The position numbers and the translations under genes are program-made. Under the pieces are notes generated by a model. It saw only the letters and a list, made by a program, of their open reading frames with translations, ran no database searches and was not told where the DNA came from. A stretch of DNA of 64,000 nucleotides from Eledone cirrhosa (lineage: Eukaryota): the NCBI GenBank assembly GCA_964016885.1, contig OZ024756.1:6200001-6264000 (forward strand), in the 5' to 3' direction. Positions 12,909 through 25,239 of this stretch are shown here, piece after piece. Position 1 is the first letter of the stretch. Each line of letters starts with the position of its first letter.

Positions 12909-13388
12909 TAACAGCCGTACTAAGAGTGGGAAATGAAATTTTGTTTCATTTTTTACGTTTATCGTTTTCGGTGCACCCGGCCGATTAACCCACTCGATAT
13001 GCAAATTGGGCTACTCAGCCGTTAATATGCATAAGGTAAGTATATACGTTCAACAATCTGGCAGGAAGGTATACGTTGCTGACGATAGCTAATAAGCTTG
13101 AAACTAGTACAGCGTTCCTTTGTCAGTGTTGAACAAACGAGCAACGATGGTTGCTAGACACTACAGCTTAATACGGGATGTTTGTTTACAAACACACCGA
13201 GCATTATAATAAATGTTCGGTGAATCCATACGTACATATATATATATGTGTGTGCATGTATGTATGTATATATATATATACTACTGTACGTCTGTATACA
13301 TATATGTATGTACGTGTACATACTTATATTTAAGTAACAGCCGTACTAAGAGTGGGAAATGAAATTTTGTTTCATTTTTTACGTTTAT
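12909..13388 (+). mobile_element. Terminally redundant 426-bp element with canonical hammerhead (13073-13115); retrozyme/PLE-like
   Basis: Exact 54-bp direct repeat 12909-12962 = 13335-13388; acgttg-CTGACGA-tagct-aata-agctt-GAAAC-TA-GTA-cagcgt. Confidence 0.8.
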
Positions 13389-13479
13389 ATATATAGTTAT
13401 ATATAGTGATTACCATTAACAATGTGTATGTATGTCTCGTCATTGCCTCCGTCTCTCTCGCTCTATGCATCTTTCACTA

Positions 13480-13715
13480 TTATAGCCAAAATGGGGGACC
13501 ACGACCTGGCCACACTGCGGCTTCGAAGGACAGAATAGAGAAAGCGTTTCCTCGAGGATGGTGAGAGAGACGCGTGGAAAGAGCCATTTCGGCTCGCGAT
13601 GCTTACACCTGCAGGGAGCCAACTCCATGCCGATGTTGGTGAATAGTGTGGTGTTCCGAGGGCCAAGGACTTCAGACGTCTCCACAGCTAGAACATTGAT
13701 CATAGAAACCAACGG
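13480..13715 (-). mobile_element. CRE-like non-LTR retrotransposon restriction-like endonuclease C-terminal fragment
   Basis: LAVETSEVLGP...LFTNIG...REPKWLFPRVSLTI matches the AVET.G..GP...RE...L.QR.S.AI motif; homologous to 56650-56940. Confidence 0.65.
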
Positions 13716-13914
13716 TGATCCATGCCCCCCCCCCCATTTATATGGCTGTGAATATAATATTTATCAACAATACATATAATCACGTGACTTCCAGAAATGG
13801 AGCCCCAAATAACAATAAAATGACAGCTGTTACGATTTTTACGAAGGAAATTAAAACTACTGGCTGGCGGGTGAATTTAACCCAAATGTTAAGATATATT
13901 TACATACATACTTT

Positions 13915-14116
13915 ATATATATATATATAGATATATATATGTGTGTGTGTGTGTGTGTGGGTGTGTACATATATATATATATATATTTATACAGATACAC
14001 ACATATATACATATATATACATATATATATATATACATACATATACATATATATATATATATACATACATATATACATTTTATATATATATACACATACA
14101 CACATATACATATATA

Positions 14117-14178
<62 letters not shown>

Positions 14179-14706
14179 CATATATACATAAATGCATTTA
14201 ATATATATACATAAATACATTATATATATATATAAATACATTCCATATATATATATAAATACATTATATATATATATATATAAATACAATATATATATAT
14301 ATATATATATATAAATACAATATATATATATATATATAAATACAATATATATATATATATATATATATAAATACAATATATATATATATATAAATACAAT
14401 ATATATATATAAATACAATATATATATATATAAATACAATATATATATATATATATAAATACAATATATATATATATATATAAATACAATATATATATAT
14501 ATATAAATACATTAAATATATATATATATATAAATACATTATATATATATATATATATAAATACATTAAATATATATATATAAATACATTATATATATAT
14601 ATATATATATAAATATATTATATATATATATATATATATATAAATATAATATATATATAAATACATTATATATATATATAAATACATTATATATATATAT
14701 AAATAC

Positions 14707-14776
<70 letters not shown>

Positions 14777-14777
14777 C

Positions 14778-14812
<35 letters not shown>
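13915..14812. repeat. (TA)n compound microsatellite with periodic aaatacaat/aaatacatt interruptions
   Basis: Direct inspection. Confidence 0.95.
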
Positions 14813-14816
<4 letters not shown>

Positions 14817-15140
14817 TTGAATTTCCACTTTCATTTTTCTGTCGTTATATCTAGTTTTCTTGTTTGTTGTTCTACTGTGGTGGTTTGTTTTGAAATATCT
14901 ACCACTAGTTTAAGTTTCAACACTGACATTATAAAACCTAGGAAAGAAAGTGCAGATCTGAGGTTTTATCTTACCCTGGGTTATCTGGAAGGACCTCATT
15001 GAATAATATTTAACTGAGTTATATCAACATAGAGGTTTGGCTATGCAACCAGATGCCCATCTTGTATATGGAATCATATGTCCAATTTCTTTGATCTTTA
15101 GCATAATGTAAGTGTTTTAAGTATATATGTAGACACACAG

Positions 15141-15175
<35 letters not shown>

Positions 15176-15318
15176 CAAATATATACATATATACATATAT
15201 ACATATATGTGTGTATGTGTGTATGTGTGTGTGTATGTTAATATATATATATACATACATATATATATAAATATATATATGCGTGTGTGCCCCAGCGTGC
15301 ATATGTAGTTATGCGTTT

Positions 15319-15363
<45 letters not shown>

Positions 15364-15373
15364 AACACACACA

Positions 15374-15442
<69 letters not shown>

Positions 15443-16107
15443 GTATATACACACAACGTCGTTCTAATAGTTACTTGAGTTTTGTTTAGTGTAATATATA
15501 TTCAGTTCTTGGGTTCATTTAATTTGAAGCCTCTCGGTGTCTTAGGAAATATTTATATCGCATAGAAAATTGAGGATATCTTTTTACAGCCTCAAACTAC
15601 AGAGATCGCTACTTAGATATAAATTACAGGTATAATGGCAGGAGAAATTATTTATAGTTGAAAGAAAAAAAAATGTTTGTTGTAAAAGCGGCTACGTATG
15701 GAAATAACAACTTAGTTATACAGGATTATTTCATACTTTAAATACCAAACTGCCTGAAACCACCTTAGTCTTTATGATGCGATTCACACTGTTTACACTT
15801 AAATGTTTATATTTATTGAAAAACATCCCAAGTTTTAAGTAAGATGCTTTGTTATAATATGTTCCTTCTACATACAAGCTTAATAACGAGAACGATATCT
15901 TCCAAATGTATGCATGAATGTAAACATGGTCGTGTAGCTCCCGAAGGAATCGTGGGCTAGCCATATTAGCATACAGTGTTTCTTAGAGCATAATTAACCC
16001 TAGCGGTGTCTATCTTCTGTCCCGGTCTGAATATCGCAGATTTGTTCTAGAGAAGGACAGAGAGAGAGAGAGATAGGGGGGGGGGGAGATATATACAGAG
16101 GAAGAAT

Positions 16108-16265
16108 CAACCCCAGTATTTGATTGGAACTTTTTTTTATCGATCTCGAAAGGATGAAAGGCAAAGTTGACCTCAGCGAGATTTGAACTCAGAGAGCAGC
16201 GAGTCGGAATATATACCGTAAAGCCTTCTATCTGACGTTCTAACGACTCTGACTATTCGTCACCT
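16108..16265 (-). mobile_element. Older SINE family A-related copy
   Basis: ggatgaaaggcaaagttgacctcagcgagatttgaactcag. Confidence 0.75.
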
Positions 16266-16390
16266 ACATTTAGATTTAAAGGTCTTGAAATCCAGGTAAA
16301 AGCTTAAACATCCACCATTATCTTCAAGTCCCAGTAACGAGAATATATTTCTTTATTTTATTATCTTTATTTTCATTATATCACCATTAA

Positions 16391-16790
16391 GGGCGGTGGA
16401 TTGGCAGTATCGGTAGAGGGTCGGACGCCATGCTTTCCAGCATAGTTACGTCCCTTTACGGTCTGAGTTCAAATCCCGCTGAGGTTGACTTTGCCTTTCA
16501 TCCTTACGGGGTCGATAAAATAATGTATCAGTAATGCACTGGTTATTTGCTGGCCTTGTGCCTAAAGTAGAAACAATTATATTAGGAAGTATCGGTAGAG
16601 GGTCGGACGCCATGCTTTCCAGCATAGTTACGTCCCTTTACGATCTGAGTTCAAATCCCGCTGAGGTTATCTATGCCTTTAATCCTTACGGGGTCGATAA
16701 AAAAGTACCAGTTAGTACTGGGGTCGATTTAATTGACTTTCCTCTCTTCTTCAAATATCTGGCCTTGTGCCTAAAGTAGAAATAATTATT
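16391..16790 (+). mobile_element. Two tandem SINE family A copies (second 5' truncated, longer tail variant)
   Basis: Sequence identity to 3060-3246. Confidence 0.9.
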
Positions 16791-16978
16791 TTAGAAATTA
16801 TTTGAAAATCGAAGACAGCGTCGTTATTCCTAACGAAAGTCACTGCCTGTGAATTTGAAAATATTCAAGAATTTGACGAGACTTAGTGGTATAATTGGTT
16901 TCTTGTTATTAAGTTGATGTTTGGATCATAACTTAACAAAGTTTCATACATAGAATTTTGATTGAAATATTTTTAAAT

Positions 16979-17147
16979 CAACGGTCACCAAAATTTCGGA
17001 CACCACGGACCTCCAAATTCCTTTTAAATCCCGCGGACCACTGATATGAATTTCTTTAAAAAGATAAATACATTGAATTTTTTTGCGGACCAGCAGAATT
17101 TTCTCTCGGACCACCAATTGTCCGCGGACCACTGGTTGGTGACCCTG
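16979..17147 (-). mobile_element. hAT-like MITE
   Basis: Ends caacggtcaccaa / ttggtgaccctg, subterminal ccgcggacca repeats, 8-bp TSD ttttaaat / ttgtaaat; same family as 20139-20575. Confidence 0.7.
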
Positions 17148-17409
17148 TTGTAAATCAATAATAACGTCTGTATATTTAAATATCCCATAAACTTGTTACA
17201 GAGATAATGTTTATACATAGGATTGATTCGTCATAGATGTAAGTTTGTTTGTAGACAAAGCAATCATATTGGATTTCATGATAAAATCTTGCTACTAGAT
17301 AATGCGACTATCAAATATTTGTTGATTCCATCTTAAAACTTGTTTCCCTTTACACAGAAGCAGACAGTATCATTGACCATGAGTACATTTTCGATACGTA
17401 TTGGTAGTT

Positions 17410-17565
17410 TATGTATATGTGTGTATATATGTATGTTTATATACATATATACACACATACATATATATGCGTGTGTATATATATATATATAGATATGTGT
17501 GTGTGTGAGTATGTGTTTGAGTATATATATATATATATATATACATATGTGTGTGTATGTATAAG

Positions 17566-17610
<45 letters not shown>

Positions 17611-17772
17611 TCAAACACACACACACACACACATACATATATATGCGTGTGTATATATATATATATATATGTGTGTGTGTGAGTATGTGTTTGAGTATAT
17701 ATATATATATATATACATATGTGTGTGTATGTATAAGTATATGTATATATATATATATATATATATACTCAA

Positions 17773-17807
<35 letters not shown>

Positions 17808-17939
17808 CATACACACACAAATATACACACATACATATATATGCGTGTGTATATATATATATATATATGTGTGTGTGTGAGTATGTGTTTGAGTATATAT
17901 ATATATATATATATATACATATGTGTGTGTATGTATAAG

Positions 17940-17980
<41 letters not shown>

Positions 17981-18118
17981 TCAAACACACACACACGCAC
18001 ACACACACATATATATATACATACACACACAAATATACATACATACACACGCACATATACATACATACATATATATGCATGTCTGTATATATATATGTGT
18101 GTGTGTGTCTGTGTATAT

Positions 18119-18160
<42 letters not shown>
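17410..18160. repeat. Compound TA/CA microsatellite with higher-order duplicated and inverted blocks
   Basis: gtgagtatgtgtttgagta and tactcaaacacac recur three times each. Confidence 0.9.
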
Positions 18161-18162
<2 letters not shown>

Positions 18163-18715
18163 CTCTGCCCATTATTTATATGTCACTTTCCTTCTGACTC
18201 TTGTGGAATCTGCCAGAACAAACGACCAAGACAAATTTCCTTAAGAGCAAGATATTGCATCTTTTTCAAATAGTTTCACAAGTAACTTTTGTTATCTATA
18301 TTCGCCATTTTCTGCAAAGCTAACTTAGTAGTTTTCACATCTTCATGTCATAAATATGTCTTCCTTTCTCTGATACTTCCATTGTCCCCACACATTTATA
18401 TACATCTGTATATATATAGTGACACTTTCATTTAACTGATTTTTATTGCATAAACATATATAAGCCTATGTGTGTGTATATATAAATATGTATAAGGGAT
18501 AACAAAATATCATTATAGGTAATTCAGTTAGAGGTGGTGAATACTTCTTATTATGGATAGTTTTAGCGTACGGCTTTGTTTGACTCAACAAGAGGTTTAC
18601 GTAGATGATGAGTTTATGATTTAACTTGTATTCCTATGTAAGTTTATCTTGGAGTAATAAAATTGAAAAAGTGAAGAATAACATGGTCAACAGTACAAAA
18701 AAGGGGATTTTATTT

Positions 18716-18827
18716 ACAGTCTAACAATTGTTTCTCTGATTGAGTTGTCTAAATATTGCTGAATACTAGAAGCAGTGCCACTCAATTTTAAATACGATGT
18801 TAGCTAAATCATATCATCAGAGACTAT
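18716..18827 (-). ncRNA. Type-I hammerhead with long helix II insertion
   Basis: atagtct-CTGATGA-tatgatt...aatcaga-GAAAC-AATT-GTT-agactgt; 7-bp helix I, palindromic helix III. Confidence 0.75.
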
Positions 18828-18949
18828 TACAAAAAAATATAATCGGCAAATCAAAAAATTCAAATTACAGCACCAATAATAATATTAGTAATAAAGTTGG
18901 AGAGAGAAAAAAAACAAAGAAAGAGATATAGATAAAGGAAAGAAAGAAA

Positions 18950-19022
18950 AAGGAAAAAGAAAAAGAAAAAGAAAAAGAAAAAGAAAAAGAAAAAGAAAAA
19001 GAAAAAGAAAAGAAAAAGAAAA
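18950..19022. repeat. (GAAAAA)n microsatellite
   Basis: Direct inspection. Confidence 0.95.
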
Positions 19023-19281
19023 AGGAGAAATGAAAACAGAGAAAGATATAGAGAGCAAAAATGAATATGCATATATATATATATATATTCCATGTATAAA
19101 TATATATGTATTCCTCTCCTAGATTTCTTCAATTGCAGTCCAAGCTACTTTCTACAGCTATACATGTTCACAGTATATCTGAACCGTTATTACAACTAAA
19201 CTAAACCGAACATTTTGCATACACACATTCCTACATTATATATAAGTGTGTGTGTGTGTGTGAGTGTGTGTATGAGGGCGA

Positions 19282-19323
<42 letters not shown>

Positions 19324-19424
19324 GAATACATAGTTGACATTTTCAATGTGTGTTTATATATTTATCGATCCTATTTAGAGATACAGAATCCTCTTAATAC
19401 ATATTCGAACATAAATACTTATGC

Positions 19425-19477
<53 letters not shown>

Positions 19478-20138
19478 CGTATGTATATTTATTTTCATAT
19501 ATATATATATATATACATATACACACACATACATATATATATATTCATATATATACATATTTACGCATACAGACAAACACACAGATATGTAGGTATTTAT
19601 GTGCCGTCTGCGTGTCTTGTTCGTTCTATTTTGTTTGTGTGTTTGTATGAGTGAAATCTAGTATTGTAATATATATATAGGAATGATTATATTTATGGAC
19701 AATTTATCTTGTATATCTCAGAGCAGAAATCTTTTTTTTTTTCTCGTTATAAGAAAAGAAATATTTGTAACTGGCATTTTCGGAATCCAATATAGTGTAG
19801 TAATTTATATCTCAAACATTTCATATCTACCCCTCGACATGTTTATATATGAAGTGATGTTGATGACTGAATGTAAATAAAGTATTGTATGACTATTTGA
19901 AATACGATGGTTAGTATTCTGTTACCAACACGTAGTTATATTTTATAGCCGAGAGCCTTTCATCTCGATATCCCAATTTACCTAGTTTTCAGTTCGGTTC
20001 ACTGTGCGTGACTAATGTATATCTAGTAATACTATAACAGAGGTTGGAGCATTAAATAATTTTAGGGTCTCTTATTACCATATTTCTGATGAAAGACACT
20101 GACAATGATTTCCAAATAATTTCGGAAATAATCTAGAA

Positions 20139-20575
20139 TAGCGATCGCCAACCGATGGTCCGCGGACCACCAATGGTCTCCGAGAAAGAATGTTGGTGGT
20201 GCGCAGAAAATTCTGGACATTATTTTCAATGTTTATGTTTTATTAATAATAAAACAAAAACAAAATTTGGTTAAGATGTACTTTATAACCCCACTAAAAA
20301 TTGTTTTAGTGGGTGCATTTCATATTAATAAAATGAAAGTGCTCTTATTTTACAGCCTTTCATCCTTACGGGGCCGATAAATTAGTGCACCAGTCTTGCA
20401 CTGGGGTCAATTTAATTGACTTTCCCCTCCCCCAAAATTGCTGGCCTTGTGCCTAAAGTAGAAACAATTATTTTACAAATGTATTTATCATTTAAAAAGA
20501 TTCATATTAGTAGTCCCTGAGTTTTAAAATTATGAATTTAGTGGTCCGTGAGTTCCAGAAGGTTGGCGACCACTG
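20139..20575 (+). mobile_element. hAT (Charlie-like) MITE with nested SINE A 3' fragment (20354-20472)
   Basis: TIRs tagcgatcgccaacc / ggttggcgaccactg; perfect 8-bp TSD atctagaa at 20131-20138 and 20576-20583. Confidence 0.85.
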
Positions 20576-20594
20576 ATCTAGAACTCTAACTATG

Positions 20595-20865
20595 CTCCGA
20601 GACTATGGGCATGGGGTTAGAATATCTCAGGAAATAATAGCTGGACAGAGTTTACGAACAAAGCGGACCGGCAGGAAAACCAGGGGTAGAATTCGAGCAA
20701 GATGGTTGGCTAACATCCATGAGCTTGTTGTGTCTCTCTTGGGGATCCAGTCCGTTTAGTTGGAGCCGGTTACTTCTGACATGACACGCTGGGAGGAGTG
20801 TTTAACGACTTTATGCCCACGACTCTCTCAGGAATAAATGGGCGAAGAAGATGATTATGATGATA
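20595..20865 (+). mobile_element. RTE-like LINE 3' fragment
   Basis: tatgggcatggggttagaatatctcaggaaa...gctggacag homologous to the 24450-24750 and 54020-54230 fragments (YGHV.RM.QER motif). Confidence 0.6.
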
Positions 20866-22073
20866 TGGAATTTGGAAAATTTAAGTAATATGACTAATAT
20901 TCTCCATATATAGCTGGTGTTTAGAACATAAAATGGTAAATGTTCTTAGATATTACTATGATGAAATGTTTTTCTAGAAATATAATCACTTTAAAATAAA
21001 CAGACTGGTATAATTTTATCATGGGCGGTTGCAAACAGTCTGGTATCAAAACTACTAAAAATCGTTTCTTTTGATTTTAGTTTTCCGTTTAACTTATCTC
21101 CAAAGATCATAGTGACCACAGGTTTTATATGTCAATAGGTTCAAGAGTTAGATCGTATTTTTGTCGACATAATATAATAGGATTGAGGGACTACACAGAT
21201 AGGGAGATACGGAATACTGACGAACTAAATGTCACGATATATTTCATTACCTTGGTCTACGTTACATTTTGAAATGACTTGCTTTCATTATTCCACACCA
21301 ATGCAAGAATCACGTATACGATTAAGCAAAGAAAAAACACCTTTGATATATAATCTGGTATTCCCAGTACCGAAAAAGGAAGTGGTTACGTCAAAGAATT
21401 AACTTTACTTATTTCATAAAATTAAAGACAGCACCTAATAACAATTATAGAAAGATATTTCACACAATTTCTGTTGTCGTTGCTGTTGTTGTTTTCTGAT
21501 GACCAGCAATGTTGTATAGTTCTGCTGCAAGAAAACATCAAATGGAACTGTTTCTTTATCAGCAAATAGTACAGTTCTTTCGGAACAAAACATGAAACGA
21601 ATCTATTTCTTTCTGTCATCAAAATGTCATATATTGCTGTATTATCAAAAGACCTTTATAGCGATAGTGTCACAGATAACAAGCCAGATAAGTTTATCTT
21701 AAATCAATACCCATTATGAACGGCTAGGTTTTACCATCTAGGTACAGGAAATAACTGCAAAGTATTTGTTAAACAAAACGGATAGAACTGCGGTAAATGC
21801 AACGAGGTGTGACAATCGAGGGGAAAGTTGAGGAAATAACATAGATGGAGTTACCCACATCATAAATAGTCGTCAGAGATAGTCGTACTATCTATTTATA
21901 AGGTATGATGTAGCAGCCACTATACTATACAGTGAACTTCGTAATGACGATAGTTTCCAAGGTCGACTTATACGTCGTTACTAGGATGTGAGGGGTGTAT
22001 TCAACTACAATATGGAAAGTATACTGATGGAATGTTTCCGTCAAACCATCTGAAAATATAAGTTCCAGTTTTA

Positions 22074-22263
22074 ATTGTTTCTACTTTTGGCACAAGGCCA
22101 GCAATTATCCCAGTGCATTACTGGTACTTTATTTTATCGACCCCATAAGGATGAAAGGCAAAGTTAACCTCGGCGGGATTTGAACGCAGAATGGCAAGGG
22201 CCGTAACTCTATGCGTCAAAGCATGGCGTCCGACCCTCTACCGATACTGCCAATCCACCGCCC
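22074..22263 (-). mobile_element. SINE family A, full length
   Basis: Reverse complement of the consensus. Confidence 0.9.
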
Positions 22264-23562
22264 AAGTTCCAGTTATAATGATCTGCTGTGAAGAAAAGAA
22301 AGTATGGATAATGGCAGAAGTGGGTTGTTTAGTAAAATTTGACCTCATGTTAACGATGAAAGTAAACTATTATATCTGTAGATACTATCTTCGGAATATA
22401 ATTGTAGATATATGACCCATGGTTGTTGGAGCATTTCGTCATGTAATCATCTCCCCACGAACCTATTTTGAGATGCTGCTATGCAGAAGCATATAAAACG
22501 ACACAACTATTTACAAAATTACGATTAAAAGTTAATAATAATACGGCAAATACAGTTAAACCATTACAGAAGTTTAAACTCAAGAATGTATAGTTACACA
22601 CATATTGATTCACATAAAAAATCTATATGTACTCATACATAAATCAAGACACACAGATTCACATAATTACATACATACAAGATGGCTGCAACTCGATTTC
22701 GAGTAATGCCATTGCTTGATACTTAAGCATTTAGAATCAAGGACGTGTTTTTTTAGTCTTGCTAGGGACGTCCCTACGGCCAGCAATATCATGCATCACA
22801 CATAATGTCACATATCAAGCGATACCTCTGCTTGAAGCTTTTTTAAGTGAGGAAAATCTTTGCACGGGGCCAGTCCCACTCTCTGAACATCGAATGCATT
22901 TACGCAAAAAGACGAACTGGTCTACATCCTTGGATGTAAACGAAGTCACAGGTTTTATATCAGAGTTTCCTTCTTCTAGAGAAATGTCTTAATGAAGTCT
23001 AGGGTTCTCTCATTCCAAAACGAAAAATTCTTTATTGGTTGGACGTTGACTCTCCTGAGTTCCTCCGTCCTTTGACGGGTTTTGATTCTCACCCCACAGT
23101 GTGTCCAAAATTACCCTCCTTACCAAGCAAGCTTATCGGTGTTGCCGGTTTGGTCATAGACGACCCGACCTTGCACAAGTTGTACTGGCTTACATGCTAC
23201 CAGTAGTGCTGAAGAGCAGCCTGGCAAACATAATCCATCCATCCATACATACATACATACATACATACACACACACACAGTTACATAGGCACTCACACAC
23301 ACACATTCAGATACATACACACGCATACACTCATATTCACACATACATATGTGGCTAATACCGATAGGACCTAAATTCTTATAAAATAACCCTATTTCTG
23401 AGCTCGAGGTCGGTTCTATCACTTAGAAATTACAAACAAAAAAACCGGAACGTACATATAAATGCAATATATATATACTAGAAATATAGTAGAAAATATG
23501 ATTAACAGTAAAATAAATTATAATTCAAGGCTTACAATGTAAAACAAAATACATTAAATAGT

Positions 23563-23752
23563 AATTGTTTCTACTATTGGCACAAGGCCAGCAATTACCC
23601 AGTGTATTACTGGTACTTTATTTTATCGACGCCGTAAGGATGAAAGGCGAAGTTAACCTCGGCGGGATTTGAACACAGCATAGCAAGGGCCGTAACTCTA
23701 TGCGTCAAAGCACGGTGTCCGACCCTCTACCGATACTGCCAATCCACCTCCC
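23563..23752 (-). mobile_element. SINE family A with long TSD-like flank
   Basis: Reverse complement of the consensus; aaaatacattaaatagtaat occurs on both sides. Confidence 0.9.
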
Positions 23753-24449
23753 TAAAATACATTAAATAGTAATAACATGTAGAAAGAGGAGTTTGAACAA
23801 TTTCTTGTATCAGTTAATAAAGAAATATTGAATTCTACTGTATGTAGTTAAAACCTGTTCCTCAACTTCGGAGTTATTGATGAAGTTATAGATGTGCACA
23901 GCAGAAAGTTGTAGCAGGAGGTTGAACAAATAATTGTTGAATGAATAAGAAACCTTTGAAATGAGGAAAGGTTGGAAGAACGAGATGAGTTATATTGGCA
24001 ATAATGAAAGCTTCAGGAGGTTTCGTTATACATTAATAATTCTAAATTATGTGTAAGGTATATCTTCAGTCTATATTGACTTAAGTTTAGACCCTAACGA
24101 TTATAGACAGCTACGAATCTATATGAACAATAAAAGAAGTTGAGAGGTCGTATTTGACGTGGTGTTTCTATATTACCTATGAAAGTAGTTTATTAGTTAA
24201 AAGTAGTGAAAGTAGATTTTAGATGAGAGCCTTATAAGTCCGTTCAATGGCAGCGTAAATTTGATATTTCATGTGATTCGAATTTTTAAAGGATGTCTTA
24301 TTGTTTTCTAACCTCAGGTCAGCCGTGATCAAATGTATTCCAGTCATTTCTATTTTATATATTTGTATATCAGGCATTCCTGGGTGATTATGAAGGTCGC
24401 TTTGTATTCATAAGGTCCCTGGTTTGATCCCATTACATCACCTCTTGTG

Positions 24450-24750
24450 CTTTTGTTTCTTCTTCAGCCACTTATTCCTGAGAAGGTCGTAGGAGCAGAG
24501 TCCTCAAACACTCCTTGCAGCAGGTCCTGTCAGAAGCAACCGTCTCCACTTTATCCGGCTGTATCTCCAAGCGAGACCAGCCAAGCTCATGGATGTTATC
24601 CAACGATCTTGCTCAGAGTCTACCCCTAGGTCTCCTGCCCATTAGTTTTGCCCGTAAATTCTGTCCAGCGATTCTTTCCTGATACATTCTAACCACATGC
24701 CCATAGTACCCGACACCTCTTGTGCATATGTCTTTATTATAGCCACGGGA
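24450..24750 (-). mobile_element. RTE-like LINE 3' fragment
   Basis: YYGHVVRMYQERIAGQNLRAKLMGRRPRGR, a typical RTE C-terminal motif. Confidence 0.75.
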
Positions 24751-25239
24751 CGATCTAATCCTGGTTAAGGACACTAGGTACACGGAAATGGTGGAGAGGT
24801 CTGATGGATGGATTGTATCTGTGTTACAAAGATCCAGCCTTATCACATAAATCTTTTGCGCAGTTTCAGCTTAAGACATACGTTGAGGGTACACGTGTCA
24901 GTGGAATATAGACATTTACACGTTAATTTAATGAAGTAATATTTCAGTACACTCAGCTGGCAAAATGAGATGAATATGCAATTAAAAGGGCCATACTTGT
25001 TATTGAGAACGACGATAAGGGTACACGTGTTTGTGGAATGCTCAGCCACTTGCACGTTAATTTCACGACCAGACAGGCTGAACTCTTATTCGAGCAACTG
25101 GAACACTCATCGTGGAAATCGACGGATGTCCAATTCACTGAATCGAAGGAAATAATGGAAGAGAGGTATAGTGTTGGTAAGACACCGTGTTTCAAGACTT
25201 TTAACTTTGACGCCATTATGTCCTAGGATGAGGAAACAA

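Noticed and set aside
20080-20135. CTGATGA...GAAAT
   Set aside because: No supporting helices, and it is cut by the hAT TSD.
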